64,000 nucleotides of DNA from a virus. A program made the position numbers and the translations under genes. Positions 10,533-20,839 of this stretch are shown here, piece by piece. Each line of letters opens with the position of its first letter. Within the stretch, counting starts at the first letter, position 1. The notes below the pieces were generated by a model. The model did not search any database, was not told where the DNA came from, and was given only the letters and a program-made list of their open reading frames with translations. The stretch lies in the IMG/VR virus record IMGVR_UViG_3300042348_000780, one strand, 5' to 3'.

Positions 10533-11413
10533 GAAGATGGCGATTAAACTCTGGTTACAATGGAACAACAGATCAACGCCGAACTCAGGCGGGAACCATT
10601 CCTATGTTGAAGCATTACATGGAGAGAGATGTGGGATTGTTTTTTAATACTGTTGCTGTTGGGTGGACGCCTGCCAATCTTACTTCTATTGCTTGTTGGT
10701 TAGACGCAGCAGACATAAACACAATCACCCTTAATGAAACTACTGTTTCTCAATGGAACGACAAGAGTGGAAACGAAAGACACGCAACACAAGCGAATGC
10801 AGCAAATCAACCAACATATATTTCTAATGGAATGAACTCATTAGGACTCATTGATTGGGATGGTTTAAACGATTCAATGACGATAAGTGGAGGAATAACA
10901 CCATTACATTCAGAATTATCGGGAGACAATACTTATAGCATGGCATGGGCAGTAAAGCCAGATACAATCAGCGGTCAAGAAGTTTTGCTTTATGTGCCAG
11001 AAGGTAGTTGGAAATTCTTAGTTGAAATCAAAAGTGATGGAGGATTGTATTGGGGAGATACTACATCCAACTACAGAACATATAATGGAGGATCATTCTT
11101 CGTAATTAATACTGGAACTTTCTTTACGCTAATCAAGACAGGATTGGGTGCTGGAACTGCCCATGTAGGAGGAACCCTCAACACTAGTTTTACAAATAAT
11201 GGTGGTCTGGGTGATACTCCTTCATTAGGCGCAGCATTTATTTTGGGTCAATATCCTGGTCTATTCTACAATGGTAAGATGGCAGAAATCATTATATCAA
11301 ATTATTCTTGGGATACACCTGAAAGACAACGAGTCGAAGGATATCTTGCACACAAATGGGGATTACAAGCAAATCTTCCCAATGATCACCCGTACAAATC
11401 CTCCGCACCATAA
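10529..11413 (+). CDS. LamG/concanavalin-like putative receptor-binding or fibre-tip protein
   Basis: [32 protein letters not shown] motifs. Confidence 0.7.
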   Translation: MRRWRLNSGYNGTTDQRRTQAGTIPMLKHYMERDVGLFFNTVAVGWTPANLTSIACWLDAADINTITLNETTVSQWNDKSGNERHATQANAANQPTYISNGMNSLGLIDWDGLNDSMTISGGITPLHSELSGDNTYSMAWAVKPDTISGQEVLLYVPEGSWKFLVEIKSDGGLYWGDTTSNYRTYNGGSFFVINTGTFFTLIKTGLGAGTAHVGGTLNTSFTNNGGLGDTPSLGAAFILGQYPGLFYNGKMAEIIISNYSWDTPERQRVEGYLAHKWGLQANLPNDHPYKSSAP

Positions 11414-11429
11414 GCGTAAATACTAACAA

Positions 11430-12494
11430 ATGCCAATACAATTTCCACCATCTCCATCAGTAAACCAAGAATACACCTACGAAGGAAAGGTGTGGGCATG
11501 GGATGGTTCTTCATGGGTTGGTGTGCGTCAAGAAACAGGAGTACAAAAAAGTAATATCTGGGCAAAGCAGAATCTTCTAATTCCTAAACGAGGATTCGGA
11601 TTAAACTCTGGTTACAATGGAACAACAGATCAACGCCGTACAAAGGCAGGAACCATTCCTAGTCTGAAGCATTACATGGAGAGAGATTTAAATGAGTTTA
11701 TTAATACTGTTGTTATTCCTGGTACTGAATGGACACCCGCAAACATTTCTACTGTCTTTTGGTTAGATGCAGCAGACTCTAGTACAATCACTATTGCAAC
11801 AGGTGTTGCAACATGGGCAGATAAAAGTGGAAATTCAGTAAACGCAACCCAAGCAACTACAACACTTCAACCATCATACTCTGCAACCGCTTTTCCTGGT
11901 TCGTTGCCAGGAGTTTTATTTGATGGTGTAGATGACATAATGGATATTTCTACTATAGCCATGAGAAACCAAACACACGGCGTGTATTGGGTTTTTTCAA
12001 GAAGTGGTGCAGGAAGTGGTGCTGATGGTTATAGAACAATTATTGGTGGAAGAGCATCTGCGGGAACTGGAACTGACCGAGGTGCATTGCACTATATAAA
12101 AATTGCTAATGATTTTGGTGCATCTTATCCTTTCTTCCAAGGACCTACAACCGTCAGTTATGATCTGTCAGCAGGAATAGCATATTCAAATAGTACAGGA
12201 AATGTAATGTCATTTCAAAGCAATACCACGGGATGGGGCGTATGGAGAAATGGAACTTTGGAAGGCACAACAAACAATATTGTAACACCCGATGCTACTA
12301 ATATTGGATATTCTATTGGTGGGCAGTACAACACCTCAAGACGAATGCATGGTGTAATGGGGGAATTAATTATGGTGGAAACCACAGATACCACTACAAG
12401 ACAAAAAATCGAAGGATACCTTGCACACAAATGGGGACTGCAAGCAAATCTTCCAGTAGATCACCCGTACAAATCCTCCGCACCAACAGTATAA
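11430..12494 (+). CDS. LamG/concanavalin-like fibre protein, paralog of 10529
   Basis: MPIQFP N-terminus; [23 protein letters not shown]; shares 89-bp and 77-bp DNA blocks with 10529. Confidence 0.7.
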   Translation: MPIQFPPSPSVNQEYTYEGKVWAWDGSSWVGVRQETGVQKSNIWAKQNLLIPKRGFGLNSGYNGTTDQRRTKAGTIPSLKHYMERDLNEFINTVVIPGTEWTPANISTVFWLDAADSSTITIATGVATWADKSGNSVNATQATTTLQPSYSATAFPGSLPGVLFDGVDDIMDISTIAMRNQTHGVYWVFSRSGAGSGADGYRTIIGGRASAGTGTDRGALHYIKIANDFGASYPFFQGPTTVSYDLSAGIAYSNSTGNVMSFQSNTTGWGVWRNGTLEGTTNNIVTPDATNIGYSIGGQYNTSRRMHGVMGELIMVETTDTTTRQKIEGYLAHKWGLQANLPVDHPYKSSAPTV

Positions 12495-12512
12495 ATATAA
12501 AGAGATAAATTC

Positions 12513-12833
12513 ATGCCCGACATATACCTCAACTACGCAACATCAATCGGAACCACTGGTGCAAGCACAATCTATGCTGGCATCACAGGTACTGCCATTA
12601 TCAATGGCATCCATGTTGCAAACACAAGCACTAGCACAGCAAACTCTGTTTCCATTCAGTTGTTCAAGGGAGCAACAGGATACTACATTGTTCGTGCAGC
12701 AGCAGTTCCGATTCAGTCAACATATCAAGCACTAGACACACCTATTCCGTTAATAACAGGAGATACACTCAAGGCAACAGCAGGAGCAACTGCTGGTCTT
12801 GATATAATTGTATCAGTATTGGAGTCAACCTAA
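12513..12833 (+). CDS. Small virion structural protein
   Basis: Follows late promoter 12490; beta-rich, IHVAN...LITGDTLKA pattern. Confidence 0.55.
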   Translation: MPDIYLNYATSIGTTGASTIYAGITGTAIINGIHVANTSTSTANSVSIQLFKGATGYYIVRAAAVPIQSTYQALDTPIPLITGDTLKATAGATAGLDIIVSVLEST

Positions 12834-13141
12834 TGGCATTACAGCAGATAATTCAACATGAGACAGGTTCATACTCGCAATATTGGCGAGTTGTTCGTAC
12901 AAGTTTAAACTATGATATTTTACGAGGAGAAATAGTTCTCTATGGATATGTCTCACAACAAGCGCGTGAGTCTGGAAAGACCAAACTAGATTCTCGTACA
13001 TTTTCAGTGACGACAGAAGATTTCAATACTTATTTTATTCCTTCTGCAATCGATCCACAAGATATCAATCAAGTTAAAAATTCTTACTTGTATATTAAAG
13101 GTATCAGTGGTGGAGAATTTTCGACAGCAACAGATATTTAA
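12833..13141 (+). CDS. Hypothetical fibre-associated (chaperone-like) protein
   Basis: Translationally coupled; YWRV...YVSQQAR...YLYIK...EF.TA.DI C-terminus. Confidence 0.55.
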   Translation: MALQQIIQHETGSYSQYWRVVRTSLNYDILRGEIVLYGYVSQQARESGKTKLDSRTFSVTTEDFNTYFIPSAIDPQDINQVKNSYLYIKGISGGEFSTATDI

Positions 13142-13149
13142 AGGAAAAT
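13087..13149 (+). repeat. Direct repeat, copy 1 (copy 2 at 17067-17129)
   Basis: cttgtatattaaaggtat(c/a)agtggtggagaattttcgacagcaacagatatttaaaggaaaat, 1 mismatch; offset 3980 bp. Confidence 0.9.
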
Positions 13150-13152
13150 GCT

Positions 13153-13395
13153 ATACCAGCATCAAGATATGACATATACACAGAACAAGGATCTACTTTT
13201 AAACTGCATTTACACTACAAATATTCTGGTGGAACTGGATATACTGGTGGTATTTTTATTCGTGCTGATGCGACAACTATGAAAAATACACCATATGGAA
13301 AGCATTTTTATGATCTGGAATTGACAAATAGTCTTGGAGAGGTTCAAAGACTCATTGAAGGTAGTTTTGAAATATCAAGAGAAATTACGAGATAA
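13153..13395 (+). pseudogene. Degenerate copy of 17133-17564 (ATG>ATA, in-frame 63-codon deletion)
   Basis: Translates (I)PASRYDIYTEQGSTFKLHLHYKYSGGTG/YTGGIFIRADA...EGSFEISREITR*. Confidence 0.75.
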
Positions 13396-13411
13396 TTGAC
13401 GGCGGACTTTA

Positions 13412-14458
13412 TTGATGTCGGATACATCTATAACCATAACACAACAAGGTCAAGCAAGAACTATTACAGCAATAGCACCTGGAGTAGCATTATCTGGACC
13501 ACAAGGAATACAAGGTCCAACTGGTGAACAAGGTTCAAGAGGTGCTACTGGTCCAACTGGTGCTTCTAATTTATATGAATTATTAGATGTTTCTATTGAT
13601 CCAGAAACAGATTATCTTGATGGTAGGATATTAATCTATAGAACATCTGAAAATAAATGGAAAGTAGAAGATAACACAAATTTCTTTCTTCCTGCAAATA
13701 ATGGTGCTACTGGTCCAACAGGTCCAACAGGATCTCAAGGTATTCAGGGTCCAACAGGATCTCAGGGTATTCAGGGTCCAACAGGATCTCAGGGTATTCA
13801 GGGTCCAACAGGTCCAACAGGATCTCAGGGTATTCAGGGTCCAACAGGATCTCAGGGTATTCAGGGTCCAACAGGTCCAACAGGATCTCAGGGTATTCAG
13901 GGTCCAACAGGATCTCAGGGTATTCATGGTCCACCAGGTCCAACAGGATCTCAGGGTCCAACAGGTCCAACAGGATCTCAGGGTATTCAGGGTGTCACAG
14001 GTGCTACGGGTGCTACAGGATCTCAAGGCATTCAAGGTGTCACGGGTGCTACAGGATCTCAAGGCATTCAAGGTGTCACAGGTGCTACGGGTGCTACAGG
14101 TCCAACCGAAGACAACATAACTCTATTCATTGATGCAACTCCAGATGACATCACAACAGGGAACAAAGGTTATAAGCAGATTGCATATAACTGCGAGGCA
14201 ATTGAATGGTATGTAATTTCAGGACAAACTGGCAGTATTGAGTTTGATATCAAGAAATCATCATTTGCTAACTACCCATCTACAACATCAATAGTCGGTT
14301 CAGATTATCCAGGATTCAGTGGAGCAATGAAGGACTCCAATACTGGAATCACCGCATGGAGTGGTTTATCGGCAGGAGATATAATTGATTTTGTAATAAA
14401 TAGTAATACGGGTGTGCAGAGTGTTGGATTGTTTATAAAGATCAGGAGAACATCGTGA
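13412..14458 (+). CDS. Collagen-like fibre protein
   Basis: Long GPTGSQGIQ repeats; shares [13 protein letters not shown] with 17564. Confidence 0.8.
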   Translation: MMSDTSITITQQGQARTITAIAPGVALSGPQGIQGPTGEQGSRGATGPTGASNLYELLDVSIDPETDYLDGRILIYRTSENKWKVEDNTNFFLPANNGATGPTGPTGSQGIQGPTGSQGIQGPTGSQGIQGPTGPTGSQGIQGPTGSQGIQGPTGPTGSQGIQGPTGSQGIHGPPGPTGSQGPTGPTGSQGIQGVTGATGATGSQGIQGVTGATGSQGIQGVTGATGATGPTEDNITLFIDATPDDITTGNKGYKQIAYNCEAIEWYVISGQTGSIEFDIKKSSFANYPSTTSIVGSDYPGFSGAMKDSNTGITAWSGLSAGDIIDFVINSNTGVQSVGLFIKIRRTS

Positions 14459-16908
14459 AAGCAGCAGTAGATCACCATTTCGTAGGACAAACTGTTGGAT
14501 TTACAGGAGGAATTCCTGCCGTTGGTATAACTGCGGGTGGTTATGATTCCACCAAGACCATGCTTTCCTCGCTCATTCGCCAAGCCACGGGAGCAAACAC
14601 AGAAGACAACTATATTTCTTCAAAGCCATCAGCCATTGTGAACATTCCTGAAGTGTTTTCTTCGGGTTCGCAGTTTATGCCATCTGTATATAAGTGGTCA
14701 GATAATATTTATTGGGTATTTACCGCATCAAATGCAACTGCTGCTGCCACGAGAACTTTGGCTCTTACCGAGTTTAATTCTAACACTCAAACTTTGACAT
14801 ATAAAGGATTTATTACACTTTCGGGAACAACCGTTTCTGGAGTCAAGAATGTCCGTTCTTTACGAGCAGTTGTCTATGAGCACACTACAGGAACAGTATC
14901 AACTAGCGGATCTTCCGCCACGATTGGTGGATCAGGCACGGGATTCACGGACGAGAGGATTGCTGTTGGCGCAAGGATTGGATTTGGAACAACCGATCCC
15001 ACGGCAGTCACCACATGGTATGAAATCACAGGAATAACAAACAACACAACCCTAACGATCAATGCTCCCGTTACTCTATCTGCTGGAACTTCGTATGTTA
15101 TTGAAGAAATACGAATTGCAGTTGCCTGTACGCAATCGGGTACTAATTCTATCGTTGTGAATAGCGGTGTTCATCTCATCAAGGGGTTGAACTACAGCAC
15201 ATTCTCTCAAGGCGGAACCACAATTACAGAAGCAACGACTGTTGATAACATTCGTGCTTCATACCTGTTGACCGATGCAAGAATAAACTCTGCACCAATC
15301 CAAACCTTCACAGTCACCATTGCTTCACCAGGAGTCTTTACTTGCAATAGTCATGGACTGAGGAACGGTGATGTTGTTGTTTTGACAAGTACAGGTGCTT
15401 TGCCAACTGGACTTACGACATCTCCGACGACTGCTGCAACGCTGTATTATGTCATCAATGCAGAGGCGAATACATTCAACCTGTCAACCACTCTCAACGG
15501 AACTGCGATCAATACCTCTGGTTCTCAGAGCGGAACTCATACCATACACTCTCATGCAAAGAATGTGTCGGCAACTCTTGCTCTTGACAATGAGGTTAGC
15601 AAGACAGACCACAGCATCTACTTGGTGTCAACATATACAACCGCTTGTTCAATAACCAAGTACAACCTCAGAGCGGCATTGACTGTTGGTGCGATGGGTT
15701 CGTTCATTACCGCAGGAACGAGTCCAAGTGCCTATGTGCTATCCACAACGACACAAGCGGTCACGGGAACACCATCACAGGTAAATTCTGGAAGAATATT
15801 TACAGTAAATCATGGTTCCGCATCTGGAATAAAAAGTCTTTACTTTACAACAAACACAAGAATTTACCGTTGTCCATATGCCAATCTTACCAGTGGATCT
15901 ATAACCTGGTTGGAAGACGCAATGCTTGAAGTCCCACCAGGCGGTAGTGTCACATATACCGCTACAACAACCATGTCACAGGTTGAATATTCGACATTAC
16001 TCGACCGATTGTTCGTGACAACCACAAGTGGACGATTTGGAACCTATGTGACCCCGTATGTCACGGATGGATCGCAGTTTGAAAAGTTGGTCGGTGCTAA
16101 CTTGAACAGATTGAAGTTGACCACAACCGCTTCGGGCGCAATCGATGGTCTGTTCCCTCAAGCAACAATGACCATATGGACTGAAGATGGATGGATGTTC
16201 GCCATACCCGCAACCACGACATCGGGATCGAATTGGCTGTATGTATTCCCGTTCGGTGCAGATGCGTACTACGAGTCAACGACCCGTCAGGGGGTCATCA
16301 CTCCAAAACTTGCAACTACAAATGCCACTAAACTTTATCATGCGTATGTTGACCATCAAGAATACGCTGGCGACTATGGGTTGGGATTCCCCGTTGAGTC
16401 CTACAAGATGTGGTATCGCACAAGTGGCATAGACGATAATAGTGGTGCATGGACAGAAACTGCTATAGGAGCGGATTTGGAAGCCGCTGCTGTATCTGAT
16501 TACATTCAATTCAAGATTGCGTTTGACATCATGGGCGAACTCTGCGTTCCCACTCGCATATACTCTATTGCTTGTTTGTATGAGGACTCCAATCAGGATT
16601 CACATTATCAGCCGTCTCTGTCAAAATCTTCTACGGCAAGCAAGATATTCGCATGGAAACAGGTTGCTGCATGGGGATCAAATATCCCAAATATGAGAAT
16701 TCGTTTGTATGATGCAAGCAACAACAATGAACTACTGAATGATACTGTCACTCTGTCCTCCTACGGTACATGGCAGTATTCGACAGATGGAACTAATTGG
16801 AGTTCTTGGAATGCGGCACAGGATACAGTAGGCAATTATATTCGCTACACAGCAACTAGTTTTGGATATAGTGGAGTAACCGTTCGCGCACTTCTTACAC
16901 AGGCATAA
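14455..16908 (+). CDS. Large Thr/Ser-rich virion/tail protein
   Basis: GTG start; [28 protein letters not shown]...YYV module typical of phage tail proteins; higher GC than flanks. Confidence 0.65.
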   Translation: MKAAVDHHFVGQTVGFTGGIPAVGITAGGYDSTKTMLSSLIRQATGANTEDNYISSKPSAIVNIPEVFSSGSQFMPSVYKWSDNIYWVFTASNATAAATRTLALTEFNSNTQTLTYKGFITLSGTTVSGVKNVRSLRAVVYEHTTGTVSTSGSSATIGGSGTGFTDERIAVGARIGFGTTDPTAVTTWYEITGITNNTTLTINAPVTLSAGTSYVIEEIRIAVACTQSGTNSIVVNSGVHLIKGLNYSTFSQGGTTITEATTVDNIRASYLLTDARINSAPIQTFTVTIASPGVFTCNSHGLRNGDVVVLTSTGALPTGLTTSPTTAATLYYVINAEANTFNLSTTLNGTAINTSGSQSGTHTIHSHAKNVSATLALDNEVSKTDHSIYLVSTYTTACSITKYNLRAALTVGAMGSFITAGTSPSAYVLSTTTQAVTGTPSQVNSGRIFTVNHGSASGIKSLYFTTNTRIYRCPYANLTSGSITWLEDAMLEVPPGGSVTYTATTTMSQVEYSTLLDRLFVTTTSGRFGTYVTPYVTDGSQFEKLVGANLNRLKLTTTASGAIDGLFPQATMTIWTEDGWMFAIPATTTSGSNWLYVFPFGADAYYESTTRQGVITPKLATTNATKLYHAYVDHQEYAGDYGLGFPVESYKMWYRTSGIDDNSGAWTETAIGADLEAAAVSDYIQFKIAFDIMGELCVPTRIYSIACLYEDSNQDSHYQPSLSKSSTASKIFAWKQVAAWGSNIPNMRIRLYDASNNNELLNDTVTLSSYGTWQYSTDGTNWSSWNAAQDTVGNYIRYTATSFGYSGVTVRALLTQA

Positions 16909-16909
16909 T

Positions 16910-17050
16910 ATGGATGATATAATTTTCTATAGCGCATACTTTTTTCTTGATATGCCAATACAAGAGATTGGAACTGTATCTAAGTTAGAACCAGACGGGT
17001 CTTGGTTTGAGTTGAGATTGGCTTTGCCTGAACGAATCAGCATTGCATGA
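16910..17050 (+). CDS. Small hypothetical protein (46 aa)
   Basis: ATG 1 nt after the previous stop, open to TGA 17050. Confidence 0.4.
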   Translation: MDDIIFYSAYFFLDMPIQEIGTVSKLEPDGSWFELRLALPERISIA

Positions 17051-17066
17051 TGTTTGATACTTAAAG

Positions 17067-17129
17067 CTTGTATATTAAAGGTATAAGTGGTGGAGAATTT
17101 TCGACAGCAACAGATATTTAAAGGAAAAT
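17067..17129 (+). repeat. Direct repeat, copy 2 (orphan 3' end of gene 12833-13141)
   Basis: Matches 13087-13149. Confidence 0.9.
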
Positions 17130-17132
17130 ATT

Positions 17133-17564
17133 ATGCCAGCATCAAGATATGACATATACGCAGAACAAGGAACAACATTTAAACTTCATCTTGATTACAA
17201 ATATCAAGGTGGAACTGGTATTGATTTAGCAAATTTTACTGGTGAATTGCAAGTAAGACGATCATCAAAAGATTCTAATGTTATTTTATTTTTAAGTAAT
17301 AGGGGAGTCACTGGTGGTGGAAATACAGGTGAATTCATCGCAGGAACAAATGGTATTGCTGGTATAGGTGGTATAAGTTTTAATACTTCTATAAGTGGAT
17401 CTACTGGTTATACTGGTGGTATCTTATTGCGGGTAGATGCAAATACAATGAAATTTGTTCCAAATGGAAAACATTTTTATGATTTTGAAATTACAAATAC
17501 TTTGGGAGAAGTGTCAAGATTAATTGAAGGTAGTTTTGAGGTATCTAGAGAAATAACGAGATAA
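17133..17564 (+). CDS. Conserved T4-like virion protein (EQG.TF...DL...YD.EI...RLIEG family)
   Basis: Motif pattern typical of small baseplate/fibre-associated proteins. Confidence 0.65.
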   Translation: MPASRYDIYAEQGTTFKLHLDYKYQGGTGIDLANFTGELQVRRSSKDSNVILFLSNRGVTGGGNTGEFIAGTNGIAGIGGISFNTSISGSTGYTGGILLRVDANTMKFVPNGKHFYDFEITNTLGEVSRLIEGSFEVSREITR

Positions 17565-18628
17565 TGTCTAACATAGGTAATATCGCCACACTAACAATTA
17601 CCTCATTTCAAAGTGTTGGTGAGTTATCTATTACCTCATTTCCAGTATCAAAAAATTTAGTAGTAAATAATAATTCATCCTCAACTATAAATGTTAGTCC
17701 AAATATTGTAACTAAATTATTAGTTGAAAAAACATCTACACCTACTATTTTATATCCATCTTATCCTGGTGTTGCTTTATCTGGTCCTCAAGGTATTCAA
17801 GGTATTCAGGGTCCAACTGGACCAACTGGACCTACTGGTAGTATAGGTCCAACTGGACCCACTGGATTGGATGGTATTTCTGGTTACGGATATACTGGTG
17901 CTGAAGTAATAAATGGATTTCTTTATATTTCACAAGTAAATCCTGTAGGAATTATAGGTTCTCCATATTCTATTGGATATGTTCGCGGAATCACTGGTCC
18001 TACTGGACCAACTGGATCAATAGAAGTTTATGTCAGAACTTTAGAGGGTCTTTCAGGTAATATAGACTTGTATCCTGGAAGGGCAATGTCGATTGGTGCA
18101 TGTGGTCCAAATTATATTATTTTCAGTGTAAATAAAGCACAGACTGATAAATCATATAGTGATTCTTCTGCTGGTGTTGCTGTATTTGATTCTGATGATT
18201 TTAGAATTGCTGGAGATGGAATTGTAAGATTAAATAAAACAACACTTAAATCACAATCTGGTAACTTTTCGTCTGCAAGTGATTTTTCTGTTACTTTTCG
18301 TGGTGGTACAGGTCAGGCAATATCTACACAAATAAATGGCAACGATTTATATTTTAATATTGCAAAGGCAAGCACTGGTGTTTGTGGTGTTGCTTATTAC
18401 GATTCTTCAGATTTCAATGTAGCAACTGATGGTAAAGTCACACTAAATGGTGCTGTCAGGTCTTTAAATGGATGTACTGGATTATTGGGTATTTGTGGAA
18501 CTTCTGGGGAAATAGAAGTAACAAAAAGTTGTCCAAATATTATAATAGGTCTTCCAGATTCAGTAAATATAAATAATTTAAATATTTCGGGGTCAATAAC
18601 TGGTCTTATCGACGGCGGTTTATATTAA
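17564..18628 (+). CDS. Collagen-containing fibre protein
   Basis: G-X-Y stretch, GVA.FDS.DF repeats, IDGGLY C-terminus. Confidence 0.7.
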   Translation: MSNIGNIATLTITSFQSVGELSITSFPVSKNLVVNNNSSSTINVSPNIVTKLLVEKTSTPTILYPSYPGVALSGPQGIQGIQGPTGPTGPTGSIGPTGPTGLDGISGYGYTGAEVINGFLYISQVNPVGIIGSPYSIGYVRGITGPTGPTGSIEVYVRTLEGLSGNIDLYPGRAMSIGACGPNYIIFSVNKAQTDKSYSDSSAGVAVFDSDDFRIAGDGIVRLNKTTLKSQSGNFSSASDFSVTFRGGTGQAISTQINGNDLYFNIAKASTGVCGVAYYDSSDFNVATDGKVTLNGAVRSLNGCTGLLGICGTSGEIEVTKSCPNIIIGLPDSVNINNLNISGSITGLIDGGLY

Positions 18629-18655
18629 TATAAATAGAAATAAGGATAATTAATC

Positions 18656-20314
18656 ATGTCTACCATTAAGATTAAGAGAACAACGGGATCTAGCGCACCA
18701 ACTGGACTTACATTTGGTGAACCAGCATATGTACAGGGATTAAAATCTCTTTATATGGGTCAAACAGCAGGAGATCCTGCAATTCGAATTGGTGCTGAGG
18801 TAGACACAAATACTTCTCTTGGTTCGAGTGATAATAAATTACCAACACAGAATGCCGTTAAGACATATGTTGATAATGCTGTTGCTGGTGCTGGTACAAA
18901 TACATTTAATCAGATCGCAGTATCTGGTCAAGATGGATTGACTGCTGATGCCGCAAGTGATGTTTTAACATTCGCTGCTGGTACTGGTATAGCATTAACG
19001 ACTACAGCAGCATCAGATATAGTAACATTTACCAACGTAGGTGTTCAATCTCTTGCTGGAACCTCGAATCAAATTACAGTTTCTGGATCTACTGGTGCTG
19101 TGACATTATCACTTCCATCAACGGTCACTGTTCCTGGAGCATTGAACGTAACAACCAATCTAACGGTTACTGGTAATTTAACAGTAAACGGAACTACCAC
19201 GACTGTAAATAGTGACGTAATTACGGTTGATGATCCTGTTATTATCTTGGGTACATCTGGTGGCGTTCCAATCGCCGCATCTGATGGTGGTAAAGATCGT
19301 GGTATTGCATTCAATTATTTTGATACCGCTGGAAGAACTGGTTTCTTTGGTTATGATGCGAGTGCAAATGAATTTGTATTCATGAATCGCGCCACAGTAA
19401 CTAATGATGTTGCTGCTGGTTTATCATTCGGTAATGTTCGCGTTGGTTCTTCATTAATATTGCAACCAAATGCTGGTTCAACCAATACTATAACTGCACC
19501 AGAAAGTGCTGGTAATAGAATATATACATTAAGTGCAGACTACGGTGGTGAATTGGTTGCATCTGGAACTTATCCAACAAACACTGGATATATTCTCAAA
19601 TCAAATTACTCTTTAGGTACTCCTACAGCACCAACATGGATAGATCCATCGGCAGCAGGATTTACTGCATATGCTTCAACTAGACTTGCTACTGCAAGAA
19701 CTATAGGTATTACTGGAGACATTGATGGCACTGCTACATCATTCGATGGTACAGCAAATATTAATATATCAGCACAGATTGCTGCTGGTTCTATTGTTAA
19801 CGCAGATATCAATGCATCTGCTGCCATAGTAGATACTAAACTTGCAACGATTTCAACCGCAGATAAAGTTTCTATCTCAGCACTTAATATTGATGGTGGT
19901 ACTGATATCGGTGCAGCACTTGCTGACGCTGATCTTATCATTGTCGATGATGGTGGTGCTGGTACAAATAGAAAATCAGCAGTAACTAGAATTTATGAAT
20001 ATGTGTTCGGTAAAGTTTCTGGTGATATCACAATCAACTCAACAGGTGTGGCAGCAATCGGTTCTGGTGTAATCGTTAATGCTGATATCAATGCTTCAGC
20101 AGCAATTGCTGATACAAAACTCGATACAATTTCTACAGCAAATAAGGTATCGCTTACTGCTCTAGATATAGATGGCGGCACAGAAACCACAACTATCGTT
20201 GGGTCAGACCTTCTCATAGTTGATGATGGAGCAAACGGAACAAATAGAAAAGTAACTGTAAATAATTTGTTTGGAGCAAATAGCACAGCAACAGTTGACG
20301 GTGGTTCTTACTAA
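18656..20314 (+). CDS. Tail fibre-like protein
   Basis: IKIKR...P..L..GE N-terminus, GNLTVNGTTTTVNS, DRGI, duplicated IVNADINASAAI..TKL..DGGT block, DGGSY end. Confidence 0.75.
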   Translation: MSTIKIKRTTGSSAPTGLTFGEPAYVQGLKSLYMGQTAGDPAIRIGAEVDTNTSLGSSDNKLPTQNAVKTYVDNAVAGAGTNTFNQIAVSGQDGLTADAASDVLTFAAGTGIALTTTAASDIVTFTNVGVQSLAGTSNQITVSGSTGAVTLSLPSTVTVPGALNVTTNLTVTGNLTVNGTTTTVNSDVITVDDPVIILGTSGGVPIAASDGGKDRGIAFNYFDTAGRTGFFGYDASANEFVFMNRATVTNDVAAGLSFGNVRVGSSLILQPNAGSTNTITAPESAGNRIYTLSADYGGELVASGTYPTNTGYILKSNYSLGTPTAPTWIDPSAAGFTAYASTRLATARTIGITGDIDGTATSFDGTANINISAQIAAGSIVNADINASAAIVDTKLATISTADKVSISALNIDGGTDIGAALADADLIIVDDGGAGTNRKSAVTRIYEYVFGKVSGDITINSTGVAAIGSGVIVNADINASAAIADTKLDTISTANKVSLTALDIDGGTETTTIVGSDLLIVDDGANGTNRKVTVNNLFGANSTATVDGGSY

Positions 20315-20331
20315 TTACATGGAGTTAATTT

Positions 20332-20838
20332 ATGGAAAATGTGAATTATAATGAAAAGGTGTTGTTGCCATTTCTTGAAAAGAAATGTAAAGATCTATTG
20401 AATTTAAATTTTGTATTAGAAGCAAAACTTCTAGTAGAACAAAACAAAGTCAAAGATTTTGAAAGTCATATTCAGAACGAGAATGATCAAGTTCAACGAC
20501 TTTTAAATGATTTGCAACATGCAAATACAACAATAAATCAGATTCAATCTGAAAGAAATAGAATTGAGTCTGAGAGAAATGAATTACTTTCAAATGATTT
20601 GCAACATGCAAATACAACAATAAATCAGATTCAAAATGAAAGAAATAAATTTGAGTCTGAGAGAAATGAATTACTGAATAAGTGTATACGAGAAGAGTCG
20701 TTGAAGAACAATGCCATATCAGAATACAACTCATTGAATGCTAAATACAATGAGTTGTTGGAAAAAATAAAACTACTCGAAGAAGAGTCAAAGAAGAAGT
20801 CTGTTAAGAAAGTTACTCATACAGCAGCAATGATTTGA
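20332..20838 (+). CDS. Coiled-coil protein with an 87-bp (29-aa) tandem duplication
   Basis: NDLQHANTTINQIQ.ERN..ESERNELL twice (20505 and 20592). Confidence 0.7.
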   Translation: MENVNYNEKVLLPFLEKKCKDLLNLNFVLEAKLLVEQNKVKDFESHIQNENDQVQRLLNDLQHANTTINQIQSERNRIESERNELLSNDLQHANTTINQIQNERNKFESERNELLNKCIREESLKNNAISEYNSLNAKYNELLEKIKLLEEESKKKSVKKVTHTAAMI

Positions 20839-20839
20839 T

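Noticed and set aside
10529-12494. Diversity-generating retroelement TR/VR pair
   Set aside because: Differences between the repeats are not adenine-specific, both copies are coding, and no reverse transcriptase is in the window
9403-14120. Repetitive alternative-frame ORFs ([25 protein letters not shown])
   Set aside because: Shadows of collagen-coding repeats
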